Source: Eledone cirrhosa (lineage: Eukaryota). From it: a stretch of DNA of 64,000 nucleotides. The number at the start of each line of letters is the position of its first letter. Position 1 is the first letter of the stretch. The notes under the pieces were generated by a model, which was given only the letters and a program-made list of their open reading frames with translations, was not told where the DNA came from and made no database searches. The stretch covers positions 242,358,001 through 242,422,000 of the forward strand of contig OZ024740.1 in NCBI GenBank assembly GCA_964016885.1, in the 5' to 3' direction. Positions 50,383-64,000 of the stretch are shown here, in pieces. The translations under genes and the position numbers were made by a program.

Positions 50383-52067
50383 CCATATATATATATATAT
50401 ACTTCTTTTACTACCCTTTTCTTTTGTCAAACTGCTAAGTTACACAACATAAGCAGACACAAACACACAACCATGCACACTGACAAACACACACAAACAT
50501 ATTAATTCCACATGTAATCATTAAGTGGTTATCCTCTCCATATTCTTTGAAAAAAATATGAAATTCTTTACTTTTTATTATACACTTTTTTAATACTGTT
50601 CCTCTTATCATTATCATGTTTTTAACAGCTTTAGGCAGGTTTCTACTGCACCACCAAGTGTACCTTGATGTTCCTATATAGGTATATAGAGTTGTGTTTA
50701 TATAAAACTACATCAGTTTTACATCGTTGTGGAATCTGGTTTGTTGTTACCATTGTTATATTGATGGTGGTGATGATGGTCTGTTGTGTTAGATCATGTG
50801 CAATGTGAATTGTATCATTTTACTGGGTGTTCATAGATTACATACTTGCGTGGGTTGTCTGATTGGGTGGCAATTGCATAAAAATGTGATTTGTGTGGAT
50901 AGTTGATGTCACGGTGTTGGTTATTGATTATGTAAGAGTTTCATCATCATCATCACTGTCTATTTTCCATGCATGCATATGTTAGACAGATTGTCAAATT
51001 CTGAGGCTAGACAGGTCAAGTGACCATGTCTTTGTTTTACATTCTCCCTTGTTTCGGTTTCTGTGACCTTCCTAACACCAACCACATTACAGCATTCACT
51101 GGAAGCATTCTCTCCAGCACTATCGCATTAAAGGGTGGGCTGGGTGTATTTCATCAAAGCACCAATATTACCATATTATAAGCTGTTTTGTTATTTTGTT
51201 TGACGTAGATTACGTACATTGTGTGTTGTTTTATTATTTCACCAGTAATGCATTGGGGTAATTGCTGGCCTTATGCCAAAACTAGAAACAATAATTAGGG
51301 TGGTAGATTGGCAGTAACGGTAGAGTGTCAGACACCATACTTTGCAGCATAGAGTTATGGCCCTTTACATCATAATTCAAATCCCACCAAGGTTAGCTTT
51401 GCCTTTCATCCTTACTGAGTCAATAAAATAAAGTACCAGTTATGCAATGGTGGTAATTACTGGCCTTGTGTCAAACGTAGAAACAATTATCTTATAAGAT
51501 ATGTGGTTACACATTGAGTGTACTGTTTGGCTTGTTTAGCTATTGAATTGAAAGTGTCTTACATAAAATCTGTGTTGTGCCTAGCAGAGCTCCTTTTGGG
51601 TTGTTTGTAACATTGTGAGCCTGGAGTGTGTGATTGGGGGGGGGGGATATTTTGTTCATTTTTTTTTATCATACCTGATGGTCCAGTTATTGCTGGTACC
51701 ATTTTTACTTTCATGCCCTACTCCCTTGTTATTTCAATTTCAAGGTACTTGGATGAAAATCATTATTATTATTAATATTCAAATCCCGCCAAGGTTAACT
51801 TTGCCTTTCATCCTTACGGGGTCGATAAAATAAAGGACCAGTAATGTACTGGGTAATTGCTGGCCTTGTGCCAAAAGTAGAAACAATTATTATTATTAAT
51901 ATTATCATTATTATTATTATTATTATTATTATTAAATTTGTAGTGATAAAATTTGTAAGAAGCATTGTAAGATTTGAATATGAATAAACAAAGATGTACA
52001 ATGCAGAATTCTCTTTTTAATAGCCTGTGTTTACCCCACCTCAAATTCATCATTATTAACTTCAATA

Positions 52068-52260
52068 AGGAGCGATGGATTGGCAGTATTGGTGGAGGGT
52101 CGGACGCCATGCTTTAGAGCATAGTTACGTCCCTTTATGATCTGAGTTCAAATCCCGCCGAGGTTGACTTTGCCTTTCATCCTTACGGGGTCGATAAAAT
52201 AAAGTACCAGTAATGCACTGGGTAATTGCTGGCCTTGTGCCTAAAGTAGAAACAATTATT
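52068..52260 (+). mobile_element. tRNA-derived SINE family B (~190 bp; central gcctttcatccttacggggtcgataaa domain, Meta-SINE-like from recall)
   Basis: B box gagttcaaatccc. Copies at 3068-3260(-), 35313-35507(-), 39108-39292(-), 51240-51490(+), 51777-51892(+), 60785-61003(+); diverged at ~36110-36250, 44895-45070, 47760-47940, 55945-56060. Confidence 0.8.
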
Positions 52261-53317
52261 AACTTCAATATCAGTGTCAACTTTAATCTCAATCCCATCA
52301 ATATTCTCAATCTTATTGTAAACTTCAATTTTGTTGTTACTGTAGGATGGAGCAATGTTTGTATATTGTGAATAGTGAAGCAGTGACACCAGTGATAACT
52401 TGTCACAGAATTATAAAAGAATGTAAAGATTTTAAAATTTTACAAAGGGTTACAAGTTAGGAATAAAAAAAAATTGTTGCACCTTCCATTACCATAAATA
52501 TACATACATTTACGTAAGACTACATACTATGCCATATACAACACGATAGAGACAAAAACAAATAACAACAGGTTAATTTTTTGTTCATAACATTATTATA
52601 AATGTTATATATAGTGCAGGTAAGGGAAGGTGAATTACACCCCTATTATATATTGCATCTTCCCCCCCCCCCCCCTTGACAATAGCCTACACTGCATACA
52701 TTATTTCACAACACAGTTTGCATTTGGAATTTTCTTGTTTTCAACTAAAACCTTATCTCTGGAAAATTAATAAAGCCCTAATCATACCAAACAAATTAAA
52801 GCCACACCACTTTTACGTGGGATACGAGCGAAGCTCTTCTGTTTCCTAATCATCTTATATGTGTGTATGTGTGTATGCGCACATGCACACATGCATTCGT
52901 ATATACAGATTTGGCTAAAAATTCTTAATATTTGTTAGGTTTAGCAAGATAACAGTGCCAGAATAAATACATAACAGTATTCAATTTTACCCCTACAATT
53001 CTGAACTCAACTCCTGTGAGAGCTAAGATCTTGCCCTTTTTCAAACCTCAAGGACTAATAAATTATCCTCAGCCCTATAAATGTTTGACCTTATACTTAA
53101 TAAAAAAAAATATAAATTTTTGTTAAGAATACTTTATAAAATACACTCAGGCACAGGAAACAACTTGTGACTCCTTACTATGAGGTTTTAACTGAAAGTA
53201 TTCAATACAAATTACCTGTCTAGAATGGCAATAACTTAGAATAAGAATAAATACAGAGTAGAGAAAACACTCAAGTCCTCCTGCATGGATGGAACAATTT
53301 CTATAATGTTAGAAGTA

Positions 53318-53575
53318 TTATAGATGGTATGGACATGTGATGCGCATGGAGGATGACCGATGGGTGAAGAAGTGCCAGGAAATGCCAGTTGAAGGAAGAC
53401 GTAGTAGAGGAAGACCACGAAAAACATGGGCGGAGGTGGTGAAAACAGACCTCAGATCGCTGAAGCTCACGGTGGAGATGACGAAGGACCGTGAAAAATG
53501 GGGAGATGCTGTGCTGAATAGGACCCGTCCCACCCTTGCAAGCAGGGAAAACCGGACGTAAAATGATGATGATGC
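53318..53575 (+). mobile_element. 3' end of an RTE-clade LINE
   Basis: RWYGHVMRMEDDRWVKKCQEMPVEGRRSRGRPRKTWAEVVKTDL is the typical RTE C-terminus (RWxGHVxR...GxRxRGRPRKTW), followed by a short 3' UTR and a (GAT)n tail. Confidence 0.9.
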
Positions 53576-55654
53576 TGCTAGAAGCACCATAAAATGCACA
53601 CTGCATTCTCTCAAGTAAGCAGTGATAGGAAAAGCATTCAGGAGAGCAAACAAGAATTGATACAAGGTAAAAGGATTCTTTAAGTTCTATATAAGACAAC
53701 CTTACTAGTGCTGGTGATACAATAAAATGCACCCAGTTCACACTGCAATAGTAAAGATGGCATGGACAACAAGTAATAAGAGTCATCTAATGTATGCCAG
53801 GACAGAAAAACATGTAAAACAAGGACATGATGATGACAATACCCATGTACATGACCGTGCATATTTTACTGAGAATAATGATATCACAAACATTTGATTT
53901 GCTATAATATGAATTAAGAAGAAAATACATTTAGAATGTATAAAAACAAAAACAAGGCAGAATTACTAAGTATATTTACAGTTAAATAAATTCATAGTTA
54001 TTATTGCTAAAAAAAAATTAATTAAAAAGCATTACAAGAAAAAATGTTAGAATTGACTTTGAATGCAGATCAACCCAAAAGAAAATTTAATTATTGATTT
54101 CAAATTGTAACATTTTAAAAACTGTTTTATATGTTTATTTCTTTTCTCTTTGTATTCCCGGGAATGTTTGATTACAATTGCAATATTACATAACAATACA
54201 TTTATTATTCTTATTATCCTTAAGAAAACAATATAAGAAACCATTATTATTAATATAAGAAACCATTATCCTTAAGAAAAGAAATAATTTGAAAGAATAT
54301 ATTTTTTTTTAAAGCTATCAAATGAAACAACTGACCTCATACATGTTTGAAATGGTCATCTTTTCAGAGCCATAAGAGTCACTATAATATTTTGACCATT
54401 TCAGAAATATCCATTATTTAGAAACTAGTTGACAACCAAAATAAAAGTAAATTCTACAACTTGATAAATAAAAAGGCTGTTTGAGCAGTCAGTATATTAG
54501 GCGAAACTATTTAGTGTGTCTGCTCGGTAAATGTAAATAATAATAAGGAAAGACTTCTTACTCATCTGCACTGACTGATTACAGGTATCTGATTTACATT
54601 TTAAATTAATGTCTACTATGGTGCAAATTTCTTTGCCAACACACCTAATTAGTTCTGTCATAGAAATTTAAGTAATCTTCATGTGACTTGAAAACAAAAA
54701 GAAAGAAAACACAGAACTTAAATAAAGAATTGTTATGGAAATAAAATCACAACTACTAATTGAATATAAAAGCATAGCTGTTGATAGGATTCAAATTCTA
54801 AAACTGAATTGCTAAAAATTTAAGCTAATTAATATATGTTCTTATAGAATCTAGTAATTTGTTAAAACACCAGAGCTGCAATGTAGAAATATTTTAATAT
54901 TTTCATTTATAATTTTAAAATACGTTTTACTTTAAAATTTCATTGAAACAGAACTATATATCAATTACTGAAACAAGATTACAGATATTCATTTAAATTA
55001 ATTATTATAGCATTTAAATTAATTTACCCAGTAACACATACCCATCCATGTAGCAACAAAACTAAGCAATGGGGCATGGGATTCATTTTCTTTTAAAGCT
55101 GTGACACTATGAACAAAACAAATACAATATGTCATTCATTAGTTATGAAACATAATTTAATAATTAACCAAATTATTTCAGATACTCTTATGGGAAGAAA
55201 GTTACAAAATCGAACAAGTTCTAAGGATTCTTTATGCTTCAACAACAGTATTGTATGCATAGCAATTATAGTATCTAGTGGTTTGAGAAGAATTATGCCT
55301 TCTTTTCATGCTGGCATGGGTTGAACAGACTGTCAGTCTCAGACTAGACAGGTCAGAGGACCTCATCTTGCTCATATATTCATATATTCCATATTTGGCA
55401 TGGTTTCTATAGGTGGATGTCCTTCATAATGTCAGGGTGTACTGGGTACATTTTCGCATGGCCAACAACTAACACTTTAAAGACTCTAATGGATGCATTT
55501 TATTGTAGCACCAACACTAATACTTTACAAAGTGTACTGGATGCATTTCATCATGGCCACCAGAACCAAAGAGGTTGTCATATGCTCAGCCATGTTGGTG
55601 AGACCTCTCTAGGCTAAATTGTCTCTGTTAAATTGCTATCCACTATACAGAATG

Positions 55655-55825
55655 TATAGTGGAGATCATCTAGATAGCAAAAGCTTTTTACTACTTCTAG
55701 TGAACCTTCTGAACATTTGAGAGAGTTTATTTCACTAGTACCCTTTCTGTTGTCTACCTTCCATATCAGCCTACTTGTTGTTCCACTACATCTAAATATA
55801 AAAAAAAGATTTACAGCAATCATTT
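55655..55825 (-). mobile_element. RTE LINE RT-region fragment
   Basis: RCSGTTSRL...LEVVKSFCYLDD resembles RTE LExVxxFxYLG. Confidence 0.6.
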
Positions 55826-58243
55826 GTAATCGAGAATGACTTGGTAGTGAGTATACAATCCTGATCAGACAGACACTGTCTCAACCGCCCCACAAATAAT
55901 CATGTGGGGCAGCTGGGAGGAGAGAGCTGCACTAGCACTAGGCTTATACTTACTTTATTGACTCTAAAAGGATAAAAGGCAAAACAGACCTCAATGAGAT
56001 TTGAACTCAGCACACAGAGAGCTCAAATGAACATCCAACACTTTAACCACTCTGTCAAATCAAACACTTTAACCACTCTGTCAAATCAACCACTTTATAT
56101 ATTCATGTAAAAAAAAAAACTTAATTTTTACTCTAAACACCAATTATTCTTAAATAAGCCGAATAAAGCAATAAAATATTATTTTCTAAAATTCAACAAA
56201 TACTATAAATTCATTAATATGTTTACAGTTGTCATTAAAGTAAGTGGAGTTATCTAAAATTTTCAGTATTTTACATTTTCAAAAGACATATATATCTGCT
56301 TTTAATATGCCTGTCATTGTAAAATGCTAGACACTGCAATGACAAACAAATAAAATAAAACAACGCAGTTTACCTGCAAACAATTTCCTTATAATGCTGG
56401 ACCAAATTTAGTCTAGTCAATAATTATGTAGTGTCATTTCAAGGCCATTACTCGTATTTTAGAGTCTCATGAAGTATAATGGTTAAGGTGCTTGACTCAC
56501 GATCATAAGGTAGAGGGTTTGACTTCTAGACTGGATGATGCATTGTGTCCTTGAGCAAAATAGTTTATTTCATGTTGCTCCATTTGCCAGAAGTTACAAC
56601 TAGTAGATAGTATCAGCAATTGCAATGGAAAGACCAATGGAAATATAATCATTTCCTTTCCTTTCTTAGGGTCTCATCAACCCTTTTCTAATCACTAATT
56701 TCATTTAGATCATCATCATCATCATCATCATTTTACATCTGCTTTTGCCTGCTTGCAAGGGTGGGACAATGTTGTGTGATTGTTTGATGATGGTCAGGGG
56801 ATTCTCACACATGGCCGCACTAGCCACCCCACTACCGTGCGCAGCCCTAACATGGTTAGTATTATTGCTGTTTACGCAGTTATTGCGATACTTATTTGTT
56901 GTACTCATAATTTTTGGCATTAATATACTGGTTGGATGCCCTTCCTAACACCACCACCACTTTACAGCATGGACTGGGTGCTTTTATTCGTGTAAAAGTC
57001 GAATATTAAGACCATTTTTTAAGGTTGAATTTATGGTCAACTTTTACATTAGACTGGCTATTACTAGAGAATATACAGTAAGAAAATATACTTTTCTTCA
57101 AATAATTTATAAATGTTTTATATGGTTTTAATTATTTATTTGATTTTTTAATATCTTTACTTAAAATGTATATCTTCAGTTTAGATTCTATTATTTTATT
57201 TTTTCACTTTTATTTCACATTTCTTTAATTTTCAATGGCTATTTTTAATTTCTTTTAATTTTCTTATTTTCGATACATATGTATTTATAGACAGGTGAGT
57301 ATGCAGATATCTGTATATTTATGAAAAATTGTAACACACACTTAAATAAATAATAAAATTCTCCATATTTTGATATACTCAAAATACTGTACAATGATTA
57401 TGCCTGTTTATTTTAAGTTTGTTCCATGAAAAGAAGAAGTATTGAAATCATAAAAATAACCACATATAGAAATACAAAATGTCTAACAAATCAATTAAAT
57501 TTAAAGAAGCTATTTATTTATTTACCAATAAATATGATGTTTGCCAAAACAAACCACTCATCTTTCTGTGTTATTTTTTTATCAATTTATTTTTCTTTTT
57601 ATTTATTTTATTTCTTTGAAACAAATTTAACAATATACCTACAGACTAATATTTTAACCAATATTGATTTAACATAGAAAGGTATTTCTTAAAATTAAAT
57701 AAAGAAATGGATAATATAAAAATATAAAAGTTTCCATGTAATATGTAGTCAAGTATTCTTAAACACATGCCTCCCTTTATTAGAGCTGATAAGTAATAAC
57801 ATTCCTTTAGTCAGCTTCACAGAGAACATGCAGATTGGATTTGAACACTAAAGCCACTTGACTGTTCTTATAAGCCTTAAGGCAAAGTAGTCACACTGCA
57901 AGGAGAAGTCTACGTTATTGAATTATTCCAGAAGCTACTACAACTCTTATTAGAATAAAAAGAATCAAAAGTGGATTTCTCTGCAGTTGCTTAACCTGTA
58001 CAGATGCCTTAGTATATTTAATATACAGAGCATGTGCTTCAAGTCCTTAAGACATGTTCACAACAAAAGCAGTGCAGCCACAACTGAACACTGATAAAAA
58101 AAATTCTCCAATTTGCTTACATCTATGTGATAGATCGACTCAAGCTAAGCTGATCGAGCTACTTAATAATGAGTAAATCTCAATCAGGTGATAAAATAAA
58201 AACACTGATCACTTCAACGTATATCTATATGCGATAGTCAAAT

Positions 58244-58573
58244 AAAGGGTAAAGACCCCTTCTTGTCATGAATGACCATGGGATTTGCACCTAGAAAGTT
58301 CCCCTCCAAGGCACAAGTGCAGACAAGGTTATTTGTGGAAGACCAGTAGTCACCCATGCATATCAATCTCATCTCTCCACGCCACCGATGTTGAAGGGAA
58401 AGGCAATGGCCGATACAGCTTGGCACCAGTGACGTCGCAACTCATTTCTACAACTGAGTAAACTGGAGCAACGTGAAATAAAGTGTCTTGCTCAAGAACA
58501 CACACAAAGCCCAGTCTGAGAACCGAACTCACAACCTTACAATTGTAAGACCGACAGTCTAACCACTAAGCCA
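58244..58573 (-). mobile_element. SINE family A copy, full length
   Basis: Reverse complement of 41262-41572 over its whole length. Confidence 0.8.
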
Positions 58574-58670
58574 ATACACAAGTCTCCGATATATGAATGG
58601 CTAAATGTCAGCAGAAGGTCACCTAGGAATCGTGACCTGGATGCGGCCCGGCCCCTTAAAGTGTAAGAAG

Positions 58671-59112
58671 TTAAGGGCTAAAACACTTGCTGGGGGGGGG
58701 GGGGTTCTTCTCTGTAGGCCTTCTGTTGTCCAGCTCTCCTGAGAGTTTCTTACAACTATGATCATGTTGAATGAAAAAAAATTTGTTAAAATAAAAAAAA
58801 ATAAACAAATTGATGGTACAGTTGATTACTCTATTATACATCCTTGTGTAGTAGACCAGTTTAGATAACAGTATGTACATATTTGTTTCTGATAACGTAT
58901 TTTATGTTTAACATGAAGAGTGACACAAAGAAACGACAACAGTTATTAACTACTTCCTTTTCAGGGTCAGAAAAACCGTACACTATTTGACAGCTTATAA
59001 AACATTTTTTTTTTTCAAAAAAATGTCCCAGAAAATCACCCTGCATCTTGTAAGGTCAAGGGTCAATTTTGGTTACTGGCTAATGAAGTTCTAGTGCTAC
59101 AGTAGCCCTTAA
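58671..59112 (+). mobile_element. Possible Kolobok-type non-autonomous DNA transposon
   Basis: ttaa-gggcta ... tagccc-ttaa termini with a subterminal G-run. Confidence 0.35.
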
Positions 59113-60784
59113 ATTAAACTGCAAACATCTCCACAAATGTAAACAATGGCAACTCTTTTCTAAAAAAAAACGTTACAATTTTAATAAATTTTATGATAAA
59201 TAAAATAAATTTTCATTTAATTTAATTTTATTTTATTTTATTTTATTTTATTTTATTTTAAAAATGTGCTAAATATTTCAACAAAAAATACGATGTAGAA
59301 AATAAAGTACAATTATTTTTACACTTCCTGATGTTTTAGAAATGTACTAAAATATCACAACTAGGAGTACAATGTAGAATGGTAATAAAAAATACGATGT
59401 GCAAACTTTAATACCTTACCCTTCACCTGACATTGTAGTTTAAACCCATTTATTTATTTAATTATTTTAAATGCCTACCCAAATTGAGATGTGTCTAATA
59501 AGCTCATGCATTTTATAAGCCATCAAATACAGTATATTTCTATTTGAACCATCATTGAATTTAACAATTAATCACAGCATGTTATTTTTACAAACACATG
59601 TTCAGCATAGCATTCTTGACATTTATGACTAAATTTTTGGACCATAAAGTAGGTTAAATATCCAACATTCAAAACAAGTAGAATATATTTTTTGAAAGTT
59701 GTAAAAAATGAATAAATAAGCACTAAATCGTTTTAGCCAGCATTTTTCTAAAAAAGAAAAAATTTCGTTTTTTTATTTTTATCATGCTATGTTTAAAAAA
59801 GAACTGTATTGGGATTTTCTAGGTTCTGAACATCCACAACTCAAAATTTTGCACATATATATATATATATATATTTTTACAATCAGAAACAGTTTAGCGT
59901 TAATTTCCCCTCTCATATATAAAAACTAGAATACACAACATGAATGAAAATAAGCTTCATGTATGTTATTAGTAATCATCAAATACAGCTTTAACTGCAA
60001 TATTCATTTTAAATGACAGCCAATGAGGGAGCTTCTATGTGGTCAATCAACTAACTGAAAATATCAACCAAATCTCCCTCAAATCACATCCTACTTTGAA
60101 GAATGGAATCATTACATAATCTAGCTCTAGATACACAATGTAGGAAATAAAAGTTGAGGTGTATGGATATATATAACTAAAATGCTTTTGATCATAGATC
60201 CGTACAATCAAAATACACCAGCAACTAAACAACGACAGGTGACTTCAATAAAATTACTTTAAAAGGATTTGGAAGGAGTAACTTGAAAAATATATAATTT
60301 CTGTTATAGATTTGTGAATAAATTTATGTAATGCATATTATGCAATCAACATAAAAAGTCTTATAGACACTCCTTATATACCTGGTTTTGATTAAATCTT
60401 GGACAGTTTTGTCACTCAAATTATCACAATACTGTTATGGACTTCGGTTTTGAATGTTTGCCCATTTTGGTCTCTTTTATGCAATGTGCTAGCTATTTTG
60501 AGTACTTACAAAAAGAAAAAGAAAATCAGATGAAAAAATTAACTCTTACTCATATAAATTAACTTGGTTACATTTGAGGGTAAATAATTTCTTTAAAAAA
60601 AGGTATTTATGCAAAACTCCAACACTTTTGCGAGTAAGAGTTTGCCTAAAGTTTTTCATGAAACTGGACGAAGTCCAAAATAAAATGTTCAATGCACCAC
60701 AACTGAAATTAATACAAACTGGTTATACTGAAATTGTTTTAAAAGGAAAATGCCACATTAAATAATATTATTTTGAAAATAAAG

Positions 60785-61003
60785 GTTGTAGCTTGGCAGT
60801 ATCAGTGGCACATCGGCAACATGCTCTGCAGCATAGAGTTGCATCCCTTTACAGTCTAAGTTCAAATTCTGCCACGGTTAGCTTTGCCTTTCATTCTTAT
60901 GTGGTCGAGAAAATAAAGAACCAGTAACTCACTGGGGTCGAATTATTTGTCTTTCCCCTCCCGCCAAATTGTTGAGCTTGTGCCTAAATCAGAAAGCATT
61001 ATT
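60785..61003 (+). mobile_element. SINE family B copy, variant 3' part
   Basis: agttcaaattctgccacggttagctttgcctttcattcttatgtggtcgagaaaataaagaaccag. Confidence 0.7.
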
Positions 61004-61416
61004 TTGAAAGTATACAAATTTTATGTCAAAAATAAACTACATATATTTTATAATAGGAATTCATTACTGATGCTAACTATTTGGTTTAAGATTATATTTT
61101 AATAAATATTTTCTATACTATACCAAATAGTAAAGCTGATCTGGTACTTCTAACATAAATAAAGGCCACTATACAGAGTTATTGTAAAATTTAAACATTT
61201 TATCTTACATAAAATAAACTTAGTATTAAAAACCCATGCTAAAATCATTCTTTTCAATTTAAAGAGACCATGCACATCTTTTAAAGCATTCTCCAAATGG
61301 GACAGGATGAATGCAAAATTTGACATGTTATGATTTTTCAATTATGGAGAAAACCTAAAACTATTAAAATCTGATATGAGATAAAAATGAAAATATAACA
61401 TAGCCCATTAAATCCA

Positions 61417-61627
61417 TTAAACCTTTAACATTTACATTACTCTATATTTACTATTATATTTTACCTCACAAAATTATCTCACATAATATCGAAGCTATGA
61501 GATTTTGATATTTATTTTGAGAACAATACTTTAACATCTGCGTGAGTGGCTGGTTACAGTCAGTTTGAACAGAAAGAAGTGAGAGAATTCTGACCAGATA
61601 TGGCTGGTTTAAATGCTAAAGGGTTAA
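61417..61627 (-). mobile_element. MITE family C copy
   Basis: Reverse complement homologue; TTAA at both ends. Confidence 0.8.
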
Positions 61628-62403
61628 GAGCTATATATAGATTAATTTTGACATAAAAATCTCAATATAAAAATCTACACACAAAAACTGACACTCATAG
61701 ATATCTGAAATTTCATTGAAAAGAAAAGAAAACACAACTTCAAGTTGTTAGTTCATCTTGTTTTGTTTTGTATTTGTTTTTTTTTTTGCCTTCTTATATT
61801 TTTAACATTTTGAATACTTTTTTTTTTTACTTTTTGGAGTGGAAACAATGGCAATGTCTGAATTTTACATTACTTTATATTTACTATTTATTATAGTTTC
61901 ACAGTAATGGCTTTACCTCACATAATATTGAATCTATGAGATTTTGATATATATTTTGAGAACAATACCATCACATCAGTATATATGGCCAGTTATAGCC
62001 AGTTTGAAGAGAAAAGGGATACTGGCCGGATATGGCCAGTTTAAATGCTAAAGGGTTAAAGTTAATGTCAATCTTACTGTGGAAATAATACCTACTAGGA
62101 AGTTTGGATTTAAAGGAATAATATATTTTGCAAAAAGACCAAATACAATACCAAAATTTATATCTAAAGCCAACCAGTTACTATCAATCCGGAAACTGAA
62201 AATGCAAAGTGAGTCATTAGCCAAAATATATTATATCATCATTCTTATCAGTAACTTGATATATCTTTCTCTCATCTTTTTGAAGTTAATATGCATTAAT
62301 TCTTTCAATAAGGTTTTCAGTCAGTTTCTACTGGAGCAATTATTATACAATTATTAGATTCCCTTACTCAATTTACTTTATATATTTTCAAAACGTTATC
62401 AAC

Positions 62404-62436
<33 letters not shown>

Positions 62437-62496
62437 CAGCAGCAGCAGTTGTAGTAGTAGTAGTAGTAGTACTACTACTAACCACTACCACTACTT
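62404..62496. repeat. (TAG)n/(CAG)n trinucleotide repeat switching to (ACT)n
   Basis: Directly visible. Confidence 0.85.
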
Positions 62497-63084
62497 CCCA
62501 TTATTCACAGCCAGTACAGTAATTTTGCACCACTTGTTCTTTGGACTTACATTATAAATCCAGTATCTAATTGCAGTATGAAATACTGCAAAGCTTTTTA
62601 CCCTGAATATTTCACACCCATAAACAATTCTAATGTGAAGAGAACAATATTTACTCCCAACATCATCCAAGCATGCAATCCAATTTCAGTTTCTGGTTGT
62701 AGCTCTTTTATCACTCTTACACAACTAATTTCTTGGCCTGAAGTAAAAGTGCTTCTTCTTTTGCACTAAAATCAATATAGCGCTGATTACCCATTAACAG
62801 ACAGTTCTGATCACAAATTGTTAAAATAAAATTGATTCTTGTGCATTAGGGTATGAGATGAATAAATATGTTGCTTTATATATATATACAAAAAGAAATA
62901 CTTTTCAGACACAATTGTTCTGAATTTCTTCTAGCTTGTAGGAGACTTTATCTGATACCACAATATATACCTTTAAAGAAAAAAATGATTACATTTCAGA
63001 AAATTCATGAACAACATAAATATAATAACAATGCAAAGTATACTAGTCTCACAAAAGAATCACATAAGTTTTGCAGAAGAATGA

Positions 63085-63303
63085 TTAACCCTTTAGCATT
63101 TAAACCGACCAGAATTCTCTCACCTCTTTCTGTTCAAACCAGTCATAACCAGCTGCTCATACTGACATTAAGGTATTTTTCTTAAAATAAATAATATAAA
63201 AATCGCTTAGATTCGATATTATGAGAGATAATTATGTGAAATAAGGTGTTTACTGTGAAAATACAATAGTAAATATAGAGTAATGTCAATGCTAAAGGGT
63301 CAA
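63085..63303 (+). mobile_element. MITE family C copy
   Basis: ttaaccctttagcattta...aatgctaaagggtcaa. Confidence 0.8.
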
Positions 63304-64000
63304 TATTAATGGCAATGAGGAATAAATAATAAAGCAAATTAGAATTTATTTTCTGTATTTAATTTTGAAACAGAATCCAAGAGAAAAAAATATAGTTTAT
63401 ACTTATAGATTATCAAAAACTTCCAATTATCAAAAGTACTTTTATTTACAGAATTAAAATTGAAATATAAAAGTTATATAAATAATAAACTACTTTCTTG
63501 TTATTTTGACATGAGTGAAAGACTATTTGAAAGATGTACTCCAAACCTTTGACATACCTAAACAAACAAGAACAAATTATTAATAGGTCTGACTATAAAA
63601 CAGACAATAAGTTAAAAAATAATTCAGCTTTATTAATAAATTTGTATAAAAGTGTTAGATAAAAGAAATTGAATAAATTAAAACCTGTTACAGTGAAATT
63701 ATCTTCCAGTGTAAGCTTTATAATATATTGAACTAAGTATCATTGATAAAATGGTATCTCCACAGGCTTTCATGAAGTTGGGGTTTAGCATCTGCAATTC
63801 ACCAATACTACACCTGATATCCCCCCTCCATACACATGCACACATGTTTATCATGACTCTTACACTGTTCACTTCCCTGACATTTGTACATTATTCTATG
63901 TACTATACTGCATCTTTGATGAGTTGTAGTGCATCTGAACAGTGTACACAATAATTTAATTAATATTATTATTATTTACCCTGGTGAAAAAGATCAGATA

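Noticed and set aside
56365-56390. tttgcag|gtaaac on minus, resembling a recursive splice site
   Set aside because: Weak polypyrimidine tract and no evidence that the region is transcribed.

Overview
AT-rich, intron-rich animal DNA with dense (TA)n microsatellites, SINEs, RTE LINE relics and TTAA-MITEs. The repeat families look like those of octopus/coleoid cephalopods (inference from recall, not searched). One protein-coding gene is supported, on the minus strand. It has a probable non-coding exon ending at 44082 and an exon at 43768-43932 carrying the ATG (MAETAADKIQSLDIE-G|gtaagt, phase 1). After a ~19.8-kb intron this splices in frame to a ~15-kb giant exon (23927-8953). The exon encodes an acidic low-complexity protein with ~340 copies of an 8-aa PEVK-like repeat, three copies of a KRLS/RRGS motif and a basic Ser/Lys/Pro-rich tail. 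The most unusual signal is non-coding: at least eight fold-back (palindromic) elements from several unrelated sequence families, mostly embedded in (TA)n. Most carry hammerhead-ribozyme (HHR) motifs pointing outward, and several are inverted exactly at the HHR stem II, so CUGAnGA is replaced by a mirror copy of the GAAA-stem III-UH half. A near-complete minimal HHR lies at 29971-30037. All pairings and alignments were done by eye; nothing was computed or searched.
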